A DNA stretch of 63,488 nucleotides, counting the filler, from Perkinsus chesapeaki ATCC PRA-425 (lineage: Eukaryota > Protista > Perkinsozoa), in the NCBI GenBank assembly GCA_013115145.1. It is 13 parts of 13 records of this genome, joined end to end, with 100 filler letters (N's around TTAATTAATTAA, not from the genome) between each part and the next. Parts side by side here need not be neighbours in the genome. Positions count along the whole stretch, not along the records: positions 46,415 to 47,418 come from JAAPAO010002291.1; positions 47,519 to 49,972 come from JAAPAO010001598.1; positions 50,073 to 55,129 come from JAAPAO010001199.1; positions 55,230 to 57,438 come from JAAPAO010001653.1; 9 more parts are not named here. One strand, 5' to 3'. Every line of letters begins with the position of its first letter. Position 1 is the stretch's first letter. Positions 46,496 to 57,201 of the stretch are shown one piece after another. The notes under the pieces were generated by a model, which worked only from the letters and a program-made list of their open reading frames with translations, had not been told where the DNA came from and ran no database searches. The translations under genes and the position numbers were made by a program.

Positions 46496-47005
46496 TTGGA
46501 CGACATCCTGCCAGACTGGGCTCTGGAGGGAGCTGTGAGACGAAGCTCTCGAATACGAGAAGCCCGAGAGGGTTCAGTAGTGTCTGATAGGAGCGGTGGT
46601 GGTGGGGACGACTTCTTGGAGAGGAGGTCCAAGAAAGGGAGGCCCAAGAGGGATTTAGACGGTGGTAAGACGCCATCGTCGAAGAAAAAGAAGAAAGGCG
46701 GGCAGCAGAAGAGTGCAGCAGCGCGTGGTAGTAGCAGGTCGACAAGTACCTCCCGGAAGGACTCCACTCGCCGCCGGCCAACAACTAAAGCCGACCGCTT
46801 TCTCGTCCGCCCAAGTGGAAGCGGCAAAATTAATATTAATACGGTTGCCCCTTTGAATGGGGATATAGGGTTCTTAAGAATGGAGATGAGTCCCAAGGCT
46901 GGATGGTCTAGATCTGGTATTTGGCGACGAGGCATCACTCTCGAAAAGCTCCCACTGTTCCCTCCTTTGCCCCTTCATTCTCATAGTAGGGAAGCTTTTG
47001 TCTAA
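46496..47005 (+). CDS. Basic low-complexity ORF (S/R/K-rich, KKGRPKR), fragment of unknown gene or element
   Basis: 169-aa ORF on a 1-kb contig. Only compositional evidence is available. Confidence 0.22.
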   Translation: MDDILPDWALEGAVRRSSRIREAREGSVVSDRSGGGGDDFLERRSKKGRPKRDLDGGKTPSSKKKKKGGQQKSAAARGSSRSTSTSRKDSTRRRPTTKADRFLVRPSGSGKININTVAPLNGDIGFLRMEMSPKAGWSRSGIWRRGITLEKLPLFPPLPLHSHSREAFV

Positions 47006-47622
47006 ATGCACCGTTGTTGTTGTTCTTTTTCTTCTTCAAGTTGGTATATTTGTAGTTGTGGTGGTATTCGTATAACAGTATTATTGTTTAGTACTACTAT
47101 CCGGTACATTGTTAGTGATTGGCAGCCGAGATGCTGCTGCCCATTATCAGAGCATTCCGGTACTATACTTAACGTACTCTGTATTATTATTACTATCAGA
47201 GCTCTTCTGGTGGTAGTTTCAGTGAACTATATTTGTATTATATATTAATAACAGCATCATTGCCAGCATCATTGGACTCGCCCTATTTTGCGTTGCAGTA
47301 GTCTAGGCCCCACTTGCTAGAAGGTCGAGGTCTTCATGGATGCCCAACGCCTCAAAGGAAGTTATACTCCTTTCCTCGGGCTCCGATGACAGCGATGATG
47401 CCCCGCCAAGGAAATGCTNNNNNNNNNNNNNNNNNNNNNNNNNNNNNNNNNNNNNNNNNNNNTTAATTAATTAANNNNNNNNNNNNNNNNNNNNNNNNNN
47501 NNNNNNNNNNNNNNNNNNGGGTCAAAAATCCTGCCGATAACACTGTTTATTTATTTCGTCATTATGCCCAAGCTTTTGGGTCGAGAAGTTCAGTATGGAA
47601 CTACTGTCGCCTTTCACAATGT

Positions 47623-48651
47623 ATGGTCTTTCTCTCTCGATCTTATTTTTCATCAATTCTAGTCAGTTATATAGATGATTTTTCTGGAGGGGAGGACGAA
47701 TCCACTGCCCTGTCTTCCTATGATTCTTTTATCTTTTTGAATTCCTGTCTTGGTTGGTCGATTAAAGAATCTAAGTGTGTTAAACCAACACAATCTTTAA
47801 CTCTTTTGGGTGTACGTTTTCGTTGTAGCGGCTCCTCTTTACATCTATCAATTCCTCCGGATAAACTTTCTTCATTAATAGATTCTCTTCGTTCCATTAT
47901 TTCTAGAGAGTCTCTTTCATCGGGAGATGGTTTAAAGTTATGCGGCAAACTTGGTTTTGCTACATCCACTTATGCTTATAGAGCAGGGCGACCCTTCATA
48001 CGCATCTTATTCAATCACATATCTTCTGCTCGTAAATCTAAAAATCTAACTTTGTCGCCTACTACTACAAACAGTTGTCAAGCTTTACTTTCATTATTCA
48101 CTAATTCCCTTAACGGGAGGCTCATCGATTTAGCTACTGTACGCGATCATTCTGTCAACGCTATTCTGTATTCTGATGCTGATGGTTCCTCACGTGTCGG
48201 GGGTTGCTATGTAACTTCCAGTGATCGCCTTATCTACTTTTCTGAATTTATTCCAACCCAATTACTCGAACACGTTATTTCTTCACCTCCTAGTATAGTT
48301 TATCAAGAATGTTGTGCTGCTCTTCTTACGATTTCTACATTCGCCCATCTTTTACATGATCAATCTGTGATTCTCTTTGTTGATGCTACAGCAGTTGAAT
48401 ATATGCTCCTTAGAGGTTCATCAAAATCACCTGACCTCAATCGTTTAGTCATGGCAACATGGCTAATTGCTGCTTCTTCTCGTATTTCTTTGTGGATTGG
48501 TGGCGTTCGTTCAGCTCAAAATCTCGCCGATGCTCCATCACGTCGTCAATATAATTTACTTCACGGCTGGGAACGCTTCCGCATTACATTACCACCTAGA
48601 TCTACTCTTTCATTTAATCAAACTCCATATTCCTCTCATTCACCATGTTAA
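47623..48651 (+). CDS. Reverse transcriptase C-terminal part plus RNase H
   Basis: SYIDDFSG, TLLGV, KLCGKLGF, LYSDADG, YQECCAAL, LFVDAT and SAQNLADAPSR. Confidence 0.9.
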   Translation: MVFLSRSYFSSILVSYIDDFSGGEDESTALSSYDSFIFLNSCLGWSIKESKCVKPTQSLTLLGVRFRCSGSSLHLSIPPDKLSSLIDSLRSIISRESLSSGDGLKLCGKLGFATSTYAYRAGRPFIRILFNHISSARKSKNLTLSPTTTNSCQALLSLFTNSLNGRLIDLATVRDHSVNAILYSDADGSSRVGGCYVTSSDRLIYFSEFIPTQLLEHVISSPPSIVYQECCAALLTISTFAHLLHDQSVILFVDATAVEYMLLRGSSKSPDLNRLVMATWLIAASSRISLWIGGVRSAQNLADAPSRRQYNLLHGWERFRITLPPRSTLSFNQTPYSSHSPC

Positions 48652-48750
48652 CGTTACGTGTTATGAACAACTTGTTCATTTTATTCTGACGTTGCGTTTG
48701 ACCTTTATTAATCATTATGATTCCTTTCATTTCTTCTTCTTTCCATTCAC

Positions 48751-49929
48751 ATGCAGGAATCCCTATCCCCTACCAATATCTACGTTATAGCACAAGCTCG
48801 TCTTACTCTATCACAATATCGACAAAACCGTGGTGTACAAGTTACCCCCAAGCACACTTCTGCAAACCCCAGTGACATTTCTCCCAACTCCTTGATTGAT
48901 CGTTCTACTCTAGTAACATATGGTGAGTACCACCTCCATGATGTTATGCGTTTTCTTCCTCCAGCGAAGCAATTGGCTTTCTTAAAACATCTTCAGTCCA
49001 ACGGTGTAAATGTTCTATCTCTACTCCAACGCGCGTCCACTGAACTTCCGATACTGTCTGTCTCTACAAAAACTCTACGGGCTTATCAAGCTGGCCTTCG
49101 CAGTTTTTATCACTTTACTCAATTCTGGAATGAGTTGACTTCCTCAAGCGACCCTTATCTTCCTCCCTCTAGCGAAACTCTTCTTGCTTGGCTCACTACG
49201 TTTCGGAATGGCTTTACAGCTTCAACATACATATCTCATTTACGAAAATGGTGCATCATTTTCGACTTCGACTGCTCTTCTTTCGACGACTCTCGTGTCA
49301 AGGCTGCAGTATCTGCTCTCAAACTTCACACTACACGTAAATCTTCCCCCGCCATTAGAGAGAAGCTACTTTTGTCGATGGTCAACTATTCGATCTCTCA
49401 TGATGAGTTATTACTCGCCAATGCTATGGTGGTAGCCTATTCGTTCATGTTTCGCGTGCGAGACGAGATGCTTCCTCTGTGTTTGAGTGATATATCTATC
49501 AAGCCTGATCATTCCGTGACCGTGTCCCTCGCGAGCCGGAAATGTAACCCCAAAGGCTCTACCATCGTACGTTACTGTACATGTTCATCGTCTCCAACGT
49601 TCTGTCCTTTTCGCTTGTTTTCGTGGCTAATTGATAGAGCAACACATCTCACTCCATCCCAAAGATTATTTTATCCTCTTACATACGACACATTTCTATC
49701 AAAAATTAAGCATCTCCTTCACTCGCTTGGTGTAGATAATTATAATGACTTCGGTACACATGGCTTTCGGCGAGGTCATTGTCGTGATATGGTCGCTTCT
49801 GGAGTACCTGCTTCAAAGATTTTATCCATGGGCGGTTGGCGGTCATCTGCATTTAAACAGTACCTCGATTTACAGGAGGTGGATGCTCTTGCAGCGTACC
49901 AACTAGCCATGGTCGACGACGACGAGTAA
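48751..49929 (+). CDS. Tyrosine recombinase (phage-integrase family)
   Basis: FMFRVRDE (R), SRKCNPKG (K), THGFRRG (HxxR), MGGWRS (W) and KQYL (Y). The full catalytic set lies in an uninterrupted 392-aa ORF. Confidence 0.93.
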   Translation: MQESLSPTNIYVIAQARLTLSQYRQNRGVQVTPKHTSANPSDISPNSLIDRSTLVTYGEYHLHDVMRFLPPAKQLAFLKHLQSNGVNVLSLLQRASTELPILSVSTKTLRAYQAGLRSFYHFTQFWNELTSSSDPYLPPSSETLLAWLTTFRNGFTASTYISHLRKWCIIFDFDCSSFDDSRVKAAVSALKLHTTRKSSPAIREKLLLSMVNYSISHDELLLANAMVVAYSFMFRVRDEMLPLCLSDISIKPDHSVTVSLASRKCNPKGSTIVRYCTCSSSPTFCPFRLFSWLIDRATHLTPSQRLFYPLTYDTFLSKIKHLLHSLGVDNYNDFGTHGFRRGHCRDMVASGVPASKILSMGGWRSSAFKQYLDLQEVDALAAYQLAMVDDDE

Positions 49930-50072
49930 CAATTACTATTTGGGCCCACTCGACCCTTTTGTTTCAGTGGGGNNNNNNNNNNNNNNNNNNNNNNNNNNNN
50001 NNNNNNNNNNNNNNNNTTAATTAATTAANNNNNNNNNNNNNNNNNNNNNNNNNNNNNNNNNNNNNNNNNNNN

Positions 50073-51016
50073 TCCTTATGGCTGTAGTGGCTATGCTTAT
50101 TGGTAACGATGATCCGGTTGATAATCCTGGTCTCGGTTTCGGTCTAGGTTTGGTATGCACCTTCATGCTTGGTTTTGGTCATTCCTTGATCGAGTCTGCT
50201 GCCTTTGGTTTGGCTGCTTTAGAATCACAGGTTAGTATGAATTGGGCTATGATTGGTGAAGGTGTTGCTGGCCTTATTGGATGGCCTATTAACATCCTTA
50301 TCAATTATATCTTAATATCTTGTGGTGTCGAACGTTATGCCGAATGGAGGTGTTTGATATTCTTTGCTGTAACTACTGTCCTTACTATATTGGTTATACC
50401 GATGTTCCGTCTTGTTATGGTTAAACATCCGTATATGAAGCAGATCCTTCAAATTGAAGAGGATCGTAAGAATGCTTCATTCACTGAAAGGAGGACTAGT
50501 AGACCTGTTATTGCTATATTAAAGGATATCATGGTACCAGCATTTGTTGTATGGTCAGCACTTACCATTACATTTGTTGTATTCCCATCCCAAGTAACAC
50601 AATTTACTAGTGGTAAAGGTGCTGATGATACAGCTAGGTATATCCCCTTGATTACCTACTTTTATCAGATATTTGATACTGTTGGACGTTTCTCTCCTAA
50701 TGTTGGTCTAAGACTACCTCAAACTCCTTTGGTCATATTGGCTATATCTAGGAGTATATTCATTCCTTTGTTTATATGTATTAGAGTTTTCCCTTGGAAC
50801 TCTGTATTCCGCTTAAACTGGTTCAAGGATCTTATGATGGCGATATTCGCTTTTACTAATGGTACTACTGCCACTCTCGGTATGATGCTTGGACCAGAGA
50901 AGGTACCAAATGAGAAGGCTGAGCAAGAGATTGCTGGTTATGCCATGGGTTTCTGTCTCATAGATGGTATTCTCATAGGAAGTATATTTGGTATATGGGT
51001 AACCGATATGCTTTAA
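50073..51016 (+). CDS. Equilibrative nucleoside transporter, 5'-truncated by gap
   Basis: ENT motifs GEGVAG, ITFVVFP, FDTVGRF and AFTNG...GMMLGP. It is a paralog of 52118-53518. Confidence 0.92.
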
Positions 51017-52117
51017 TAAGTAATAATAATAAGGTGCTCTTGCCACTCATCATTGAATACATCGATAACAGTATATAATAAGTAAATGATGATAATATGT
51101 ATCATTATTACTTATCTCTAGCCTAATGGATTCATATGGCTATTGTGCTATTCACTAATAGAATGTTCTCTTGTATTCTGGTCCTATCCTTTTTCCTTCA
51201 TTTTCTAACACATTATTCATCAATATTGTTCCACGTGAGATACGGGGACAATTATACCTTTATTGAATAGTTAAGATGGCTCCTCGAAGAATTATGAAGG
51301 GGCCACTTATATATTCTACTAGAATAATTCTAGGTTAATGATAATAAGATGTATAATGATGTAGTAGTTCCTTGTATAAATAGTCTTCTCCTAGTTACTT
51401 TATATCTATCTTTTCTGTCTACTCTACTTTATTACTATGTACTAGAAGCAGAATGAAGTGTTTTGTTATGGTTTGGTAGGCACTGATAAGGGGTAGACTT
51501 TTAAGAATGGAGGGTTACGAACGGTGGGTAACACAGAGCAAGGGGATCATTAAATCTGGCATAACTGATGCAAGCTACTATGAACGAGTGTTAGTCGTTG
51601 TATTGGAGGAACACAGTGTGTAGAACTTAGCCTTATAATGAGGTGGCGAATGACTATACCGATCACTGATTGATTTCATCACCACACTCACAGCAGCTGA
51701 AAAGCATGTATCTCCTAAAGGTCCTCAAGTGGGTGGTGAGTCACCTTCCCTCGGAATAGTTTTTGTGAATTCTGGTAGAGTAGGGCTTCGACTAGAATTT
51801 GGTTGTCAACGCATCTTTACTCACTGTAACTTGGAGAATTTGTCATGTCACACAGCGCCCATATTGGTACGATCACAAGGACGACTCCTGCCATCTAATA
51901 CAAATAAGCTTTAATATTAACTGTCGGTTAGCCAATGGCGTGTCTTCCAGGTCGTAATAGCGTTCATATGTAGCTTGGGATAGACCTTAAGGGGACAGTT
52001 AGTTGTGAAAAGGGGACAGTTTACACAATATCTAAAGCCACTCGTCATAGCTCTCCCTTTCACTACCTCACCCTCAGAGTCTCACTCTTTTTTATTATAC
52101 CCTGACATTGTGATAAA

Positions 52118-53518
52118 ATGTCGGCATCAGCAACCGAGGTGGAGATACCTATGCATGAGTTTGAGGACCCTATGTACCCTTCCAAGGATCTTCGTGATCT
52201 AGAGGAAGGTATTCCGGCGGCCACAGCTAACACTGAGTCGACAACTTCATGCCCTTCTGAGAAGGAAATGGCTGATGTATCATCTTCCAAAGTAGAGGAG
52301 GAGGAGGACGGGACCACTAAGAAGTCTCTTGAGGATTGGAAGCTATTGCTTATGTTCTGTATTTTGGGTTTCATTGCCCTGGCTCCATGGAACTTCGTGC
52401 TTACTGAACTGGTATATTTAAACGACAAGTTTGAACATCAGTTCAGTTCAAATGTGTCCATCTACTATGGTTTATCCGTTAATGTGGCCGAGTTACTTCT
52501 TATCTTTATCGGTAATAAGTTCCCATTTGCCCCTCGTATGAATATTGGATGCATCCTTCTTGCTACATTTAATATATGTCTTGCCATTGTTGCCATGTTC
52601 ATCGGTAATGGTGATCCGGATCCGAATACTGGTCTCGGTTTCGGTCTAGGTTTGGTATGCACCTTCATGCTTGGTTTTGGTCATTCCTTAATCGAGTCTG
52701 CTGCCTTTGGTTTGGCTGCTCTCGGTTCCCAGGCCTGCATGAATTGGGCTATGATTGGTGAAGGTGTTGCTGGTGTTATTGGATGGCCTATTAATCTTCT
52801 TATTAATTATATTCTAGTATCTTGCCATGTAGAACGTTATGCCGAATGGAGATGCCTGATCTTCTTCTTGGTCACTACAGTGTTGACAATTCTCTGTATT
52901 CCCATGTTCCATTTCGGAATGATGCACCATCCCTACATGAAGCAAGTACTTGATATGGAGGCTAAGCGTAAGGCCGGTGGATTCAAGGAGCGTCAAACTA
53001 AGAGGCCTGTATACAAGATTCTTAAGGATATTGTCATACCTGCCTTTGTTGTCTGGTGTGCTCTTACTATTACATTCACTGTATTCCCTTCACAAGTGAC
53101 TCAGTTCACTAGTGGTAAAGGTGCTGCGGATAATGCTAGATTCATCCCTCTCATCACATTTATTTATCAGATCTTCGATACTGTTGGACGTTTTGCTCCT
53201 AATGTTGGTATTCATCTACCTCAGTGGTGGCTAGTTGCCTTGGCTCTTAGTCGTGGTATCTTCATTCCTCTATTTATATGCATAAAGCTATTCCCGTGGA
53301 ACACCGCTTTCCGTCATAATTATTTCAAGGACATCATGATGGCTATATTCTCCTTCACTAATGGTGTCACAAGTACTCTCGGTATGATGATGGGTCCCAC
53401 TAAGGTTCCTGATGATCGTAATGAGCAAGAGATTGCTGGCTATGCCATGAGTTTCTGTCTCATCGATGGTATCCTTATCGGAAGTGTCTTTGGTATATGG
53501 ATTACTGATATGCTATAA
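52118..53518 (+). CDS. Equilibrative nucleoside transporter, complete, intronless (466 aa)
   Basis: Acidic N-tail, LGFIALAPWNF, about 11 hydrophobic segments, ITFTVFP, FDTVGRF and SFTNG. Confidence 0.95.
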   Translation: MSASATEVEIPMHEFEDPMYPSKDLRDLEEGIPAATANTESTTSCPSEKEMADVSSSKVEEEEDGTTKKSLEDWKLLLMFCILGFIALAPWNFVLTELVYLNDKFEHQFSSNVSIYYGLSVNVAELLLIFIGNKFPFAPRMNIGCILLATFNICLAIVAMFIGNGDPDPNTGLGFGLGLVCTFMLGFGHSLIESAAFGLAALGSQACMNWAMIGEGVAGVIGWPINLLINYILVSCHVERYAEWRCLIFFLVTTVLTILCIPMFHFGMMHHPYMKQVLDMEAKRKAGGFKERQTKRPVYKILKDIVIPAFVVWCALTITFTVFPSQVTQFTSGKGAADNARFIPLITFIYQIFDTVGRFAPNVGIHLPQWWLVALALSRGIFIPLFICIKLFPWNTAFRHNYFKDIMMAIFSFTNGVTSTLGMMMGPTKVPDDRNEQEIAGYAMSFCLIDGILIGSVFGIWITDML

Positions 53519-54822
53519 GATAAACTTCAACACTGATAATGGTATGCAACGATATTATGGTTGCATTACCACCATGCCTTTACCATTCTGGTTATTATCA
53601 TCAAATAGATGACTTTTTTCATCCTTCTTGTTGTTGTATCCAATGGTCATTGTGCTATAGCATAAATAATGATGAATAATAATATGCTAACTTTCTCTAG
53701 TTACTACTTAACTACTTACTACTATCACCCCTTAAGATGGTCCGCGCTGATTCGTGTATTGCCATCTTAAAACTTTGTCTTCTTCACTTAATCGTTTAGT
53801 CTGTAACGAACGGGATCAGAATTTTGGCCTTCTCGCTCTGTAAACGACATCTTCGGTATTCGTTTGTATTATTGATCTAATCCTCATCTGTCATTCCTAC
53901 TGTTATTGTACTTGTGGTATATGATATCTCTTGTTGTTGGTAGTAATGTTTTACCAGCTATATAGATATTACCATATATAATAATAACAACAATTACTAC
54001 ACTAGGAATCATGATGAGTATTATCATCATACGCGACAACGTTACCGTGTTGCCTGCTCTTGTTTCTTATATACTGTAAGATGTCTTTTTTCCTTCTCTT
54101 CCCCCCGACTATCTACCAAATATTTGCATAAATTATTGGTTATCCCTGTCACACCTATTAATCAGGCTAAGTCTCCAGTGAAGCCCGGGGACAGTCAGGT
54201 TACTGGTATTGGTATAATGTATATCGTGATGATAACAGTTGGCTACTATTACGGATATTCTGTGCCATCACACTTTTCTTTTAACGATTACTTCATTGCC
54301 TCTTCCTTTCAAGGTGTTGATAGCTTGTATGTATACTGTTCTAGTCGAGGACTTTTTTGAACAATACTGTGTTCGAAACGAGATTCTGGTCACCTGACCA
54401 TAAACCGCTTGTGGATAATGAAGAAGAACTAAATTTTTAGTTCAGTGTTAAATGATTCTTGTTGTAAAAGGGAGTGGGATTCAGATGTCTCATTGGTCTG
54501 GAGTGGGGGATCTGCTGCCTTGTGCGCTCGTTGTCTGTGTCTGCGTGCCACAACGTTGGGGTCGTGATAAAGCTTGGCGTCTAGGGAATAACAACTATTG
54601 TAAAAAAGGCACTTTCCACTAGATGAGGACAGGTAGCCTTAAATGTACAAGGTGCAGTGTTGGCTTCTCCGCGAACCTCGTTGTATGAGCTAGCCGTAGA
54701 AGGCCACATTTGGTGGAGACAAGCGCTCCTAAGCTAATCGTGCTGAGGCTAGCGCGCGCTACGGCAAATGCCAAGGACATACTCAATCTTTATTATTCTA
54801 GCATTTTCCCGTTGGTTTCTTC

Positions 54823-55129
54823 TTGTTGCTTATGACTTCGATCAATGAAGAACCAATGAAAGATATCGAGTCGTCGTCTGTCGGTTCCGAGAGCTTTGTC
54901 GAAGAGAAGAAGGACCTTAAGCCCGACTGGAAGATATTGCTAATGTTCTGTGTGTTGGGCTTCGTGGCATTGGCTCCATGGAACTTTGTTCTTACCGAAC
55001 TGGTATATTTGGATTCAAAGTTCGAGAACCAATTTAGTTCGAACATTTCCATCTATTATGGTTTATCCGTTAATGTGGCCGAGTTACTTCTTATCTTTAT
55101 CGGTAATAAGTTCCCATTTGCCCCTCGTA
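54823..55129 (+). CDS. Equilibrative nucleoside transporter, 3'-truncated by gap (true start possibly ~54856)
   Basis: DWKILLMFCVLGFVALAPWNFVLTELVYL...FPFAPR, a paralog of 52118. Confidence 0.88.
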
Positions 55130-55483
55130 NNNNNNNNNNNNNNNNNNNNNNNNNNNNNNNNNNNNNNNNNNNNTTAATTAATTAANNNNNNNNNNNNNNN
55201 NNNNNNNNNNNNNNNNNNNNNNNNNNNNNTCCTTCAGAGTATAAGTCGCTGCTCGTCAGCGACCAGTTTCATAAAAGTACTAGTAGTTGAACAGGTTCCT
55301 GGTGCTGCCTGCCAGTCAGGCAACCCCGGTTCGAATCCCACCCGGTGCCAGCTAGCATGTTGCATATGCGGACACCGCTAGGTTCAAATCCCAGTAGAAC
55401 CTTGTACATATTAGTAGGGTGATGTTACGCGTTTTGCCATGTGCAGGACACTTACCCAATCAGCAGCACAGTACACAGGCTTC

Positions 55484-55555
55484 GGTTCTATAGTGTAACG
55501 GTTAGCACTCCAGACTTTGAGTCTGGCAATCCGGGTTTAAATCCCGGTAGAACCT
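55484..55555 (+). tRNA. tRNA-Gln(TTG), T-loop variant (TTTAAAT)
   Basis: 72-nt cloverleaf with ccaga-ctTTGag-tctgg. T-loop C56 is changed to T. Confidence 0.6.
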
Positions 55556-55636
55556 TGCACCGATTAGTAGGGTACTGTCACGCGTTTTGGTATGTGCAGG
55601 ACACTTACCCAAATAGCAGCACAGTAAATAGGCTTC

Positions 55637-55708
55637 GGTTCTATAGTGTAACAGTTAGCACTCCAGACTTTGAATCTGGCAATCCGGGTTCAAACCCCGG
55701 TAGAACCT
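55637..55708 (+). tRNA. tRNA-Gln(TTG), D-loop variant (GG to AG)
   Basis: 72 nt with perfect acceptor, anticodon and T stems. Confidence 0.65.
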
Positions 55709-55789
55709 TGTACATATTAGTAGGGTAATGTTACGCGTTTTGCTATGTGCAGGACACCCGCCTGGTCAACAGAGGAAAGTGTGTGGTTC

Positions 55790-55861
55790 GGCTCTGTAGT
55801 GTAACGGTTAGCACTCCAGACTTTAAATCGGGCGATCTGGGTTCAATTCCCGGTAGAACCT
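55790..55861 (+). pseudogene. tRNA-Gln-derived copy with TTA anticodon
   Basis: Loop ctTTAaa has the anticodon at 55823-55825. There is one mismatch each in the acceptor and anticodon stems. Confidence 0.7.
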
Positions 55862-56811
55862 TGTACATATTGGTAAGGTACTGTAGACGCGTTTTGCTGT
55901 GTGCAGAACATCCGCCTGGTCGACAGCACGATGTGTGTGGTTCGGCTCTATGGTGTAACGGTTAGCACTCCAAACTCTGAATCTGGCGACCTGGGTTCAA
56001 ATCCTGATAGAACCTTGTACATATTAGTAAGGTACTGTTAGCACTCCAGACTCTGAATCTGGCGATCTGGGTTCAAATCTCGGTAGAACCTTGTACATAT
56101 TAGTATGGTACTGTGACGCGTTTTGCTATCTGCAGGACATCCGCCTGGTCAACAGCACGAAGTGTTTGGTTCGGTTCTATGGTGTAACGGTTAGCACTCC
56201 AGACTCTGAATCTCGCGATCTGGGTTCAAATCCCGGTAGAACCTTGTACATATTAGTAGGGTAATGTTACGCGTTTTGCCATGTGCAGGACACTTACCCA
56301 ATTAGCAGCACAGTACACAGACTTCGGTTCTATAGTGTAAGTTACACTGTGTAACGGTTAGCACTCCAAACTTTGAATCTGGCAATCTGGGTTCAAATCC
56401 CGGCAGAACTTTGTACCCACTAGTAGAGTACTGTTAGCACTCCAGACTTTGAATTTGACAATCCGGGTTTCAAGTCCCGATAGGACCTTGTACCTATTCG
56501 TAGGGTACTGCCACGCGTTTTGCTATGTGCAGAACTCTTACCCAATTAGCAGCACAGTACACAGGCTTCGGTTCTATAGTGTACGTTACACTGTGTAACG
56601 GTTAGCACTCCAGACTTTGAATCTGGAAATCTGGGTTCAAATCCCTGTAGAACTTCGTACCCACTAGTAGAGTACTGTTAGCACTCCAGACTTAGAATTT
56701 GACAATCCGGGTTCAAGTCCCGGTAGAACCTTGTACCTATTAGTAGGGTACTGTCACGCGTTTTGCTATGTGCAGGACACTTACCAATTAGCAGCACAGT
56801 AAACAGGCTTC

Positions 56812-56883
56812 GGTTCTATAGTGTAACGGTTAGCACTCCAGACTCTGAATCTGGCGATCTGGGTTCAAATCCCGGTAGAACCT
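56812..56883 (+). tRNA. tRNA-Gln(CTG), intact
   Basis: ggttcta/tagaacc acceptor, ccaga-ctCTGaa-tctgg and ctggg-ttcaaat-cccgg. Confidence 0.9.
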
Positions 56884-57129
56884 TGTACCTATTAGTAGGG
56901 TACTGTCACGCGTTTTGCTATGTGCAGGACACTTACCCAATTAGCAGCACAGTACACAGGCTTCGGTTCTATAGTGTATTACACTGTGTAACGGTTAGCA
57001 CTCCAGACTCTGAATCTGGCGATCTGGGTTCAAATCCCGGTAGAACCTTGCACCGATTAGTAGGGTAATGTGGCGCGTTTTGCCATGTGTAGGACATCCG
57101 CCTGGTCAACAGCATGAAATATGTGGTTC

Positions 57130-57201
57130 GGTTCTATGGTGTAACGGTTAGCACTCCAGACTCTGAATCTGGCGATCTGGGTTCAAATCCCGGTAGAACC
57201 T
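57130..57201 (+). tRNA. tRNA-Gln(CTG), intact
   Basis: Same complete cloverleaf as 56812, with intact A and B boxes. Confidence 0.9.

Larger units (their letters stand above)
47519..49972 (+). mobile_element. Tyrosine-recombinase (DIRS/Ngaro-type) retrotransposon, family A, 3' portion
   Basis: An RT-RNase H ORF is followed by a complete YR ORF. No DDE integrase or protease is seen. Confidence 0.92.

Noticed and set aside
48467-48790. Hydrophobic 107-aa ORF bridging RT/RH and YR
   Set aside because: It lies in T-rich sequence that gives hydrophobic translations by chance, with no start context or motif support.
46415-49972. Basic ORF 46496-47005 as the gag of the YR element
   Set aside because: They are separated by an artificial spacer, and the ORF has no gag motif.
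55441-57068. ORFs in the track across the tRNA array
   Set aside because: They are translations of tRNA repeats.
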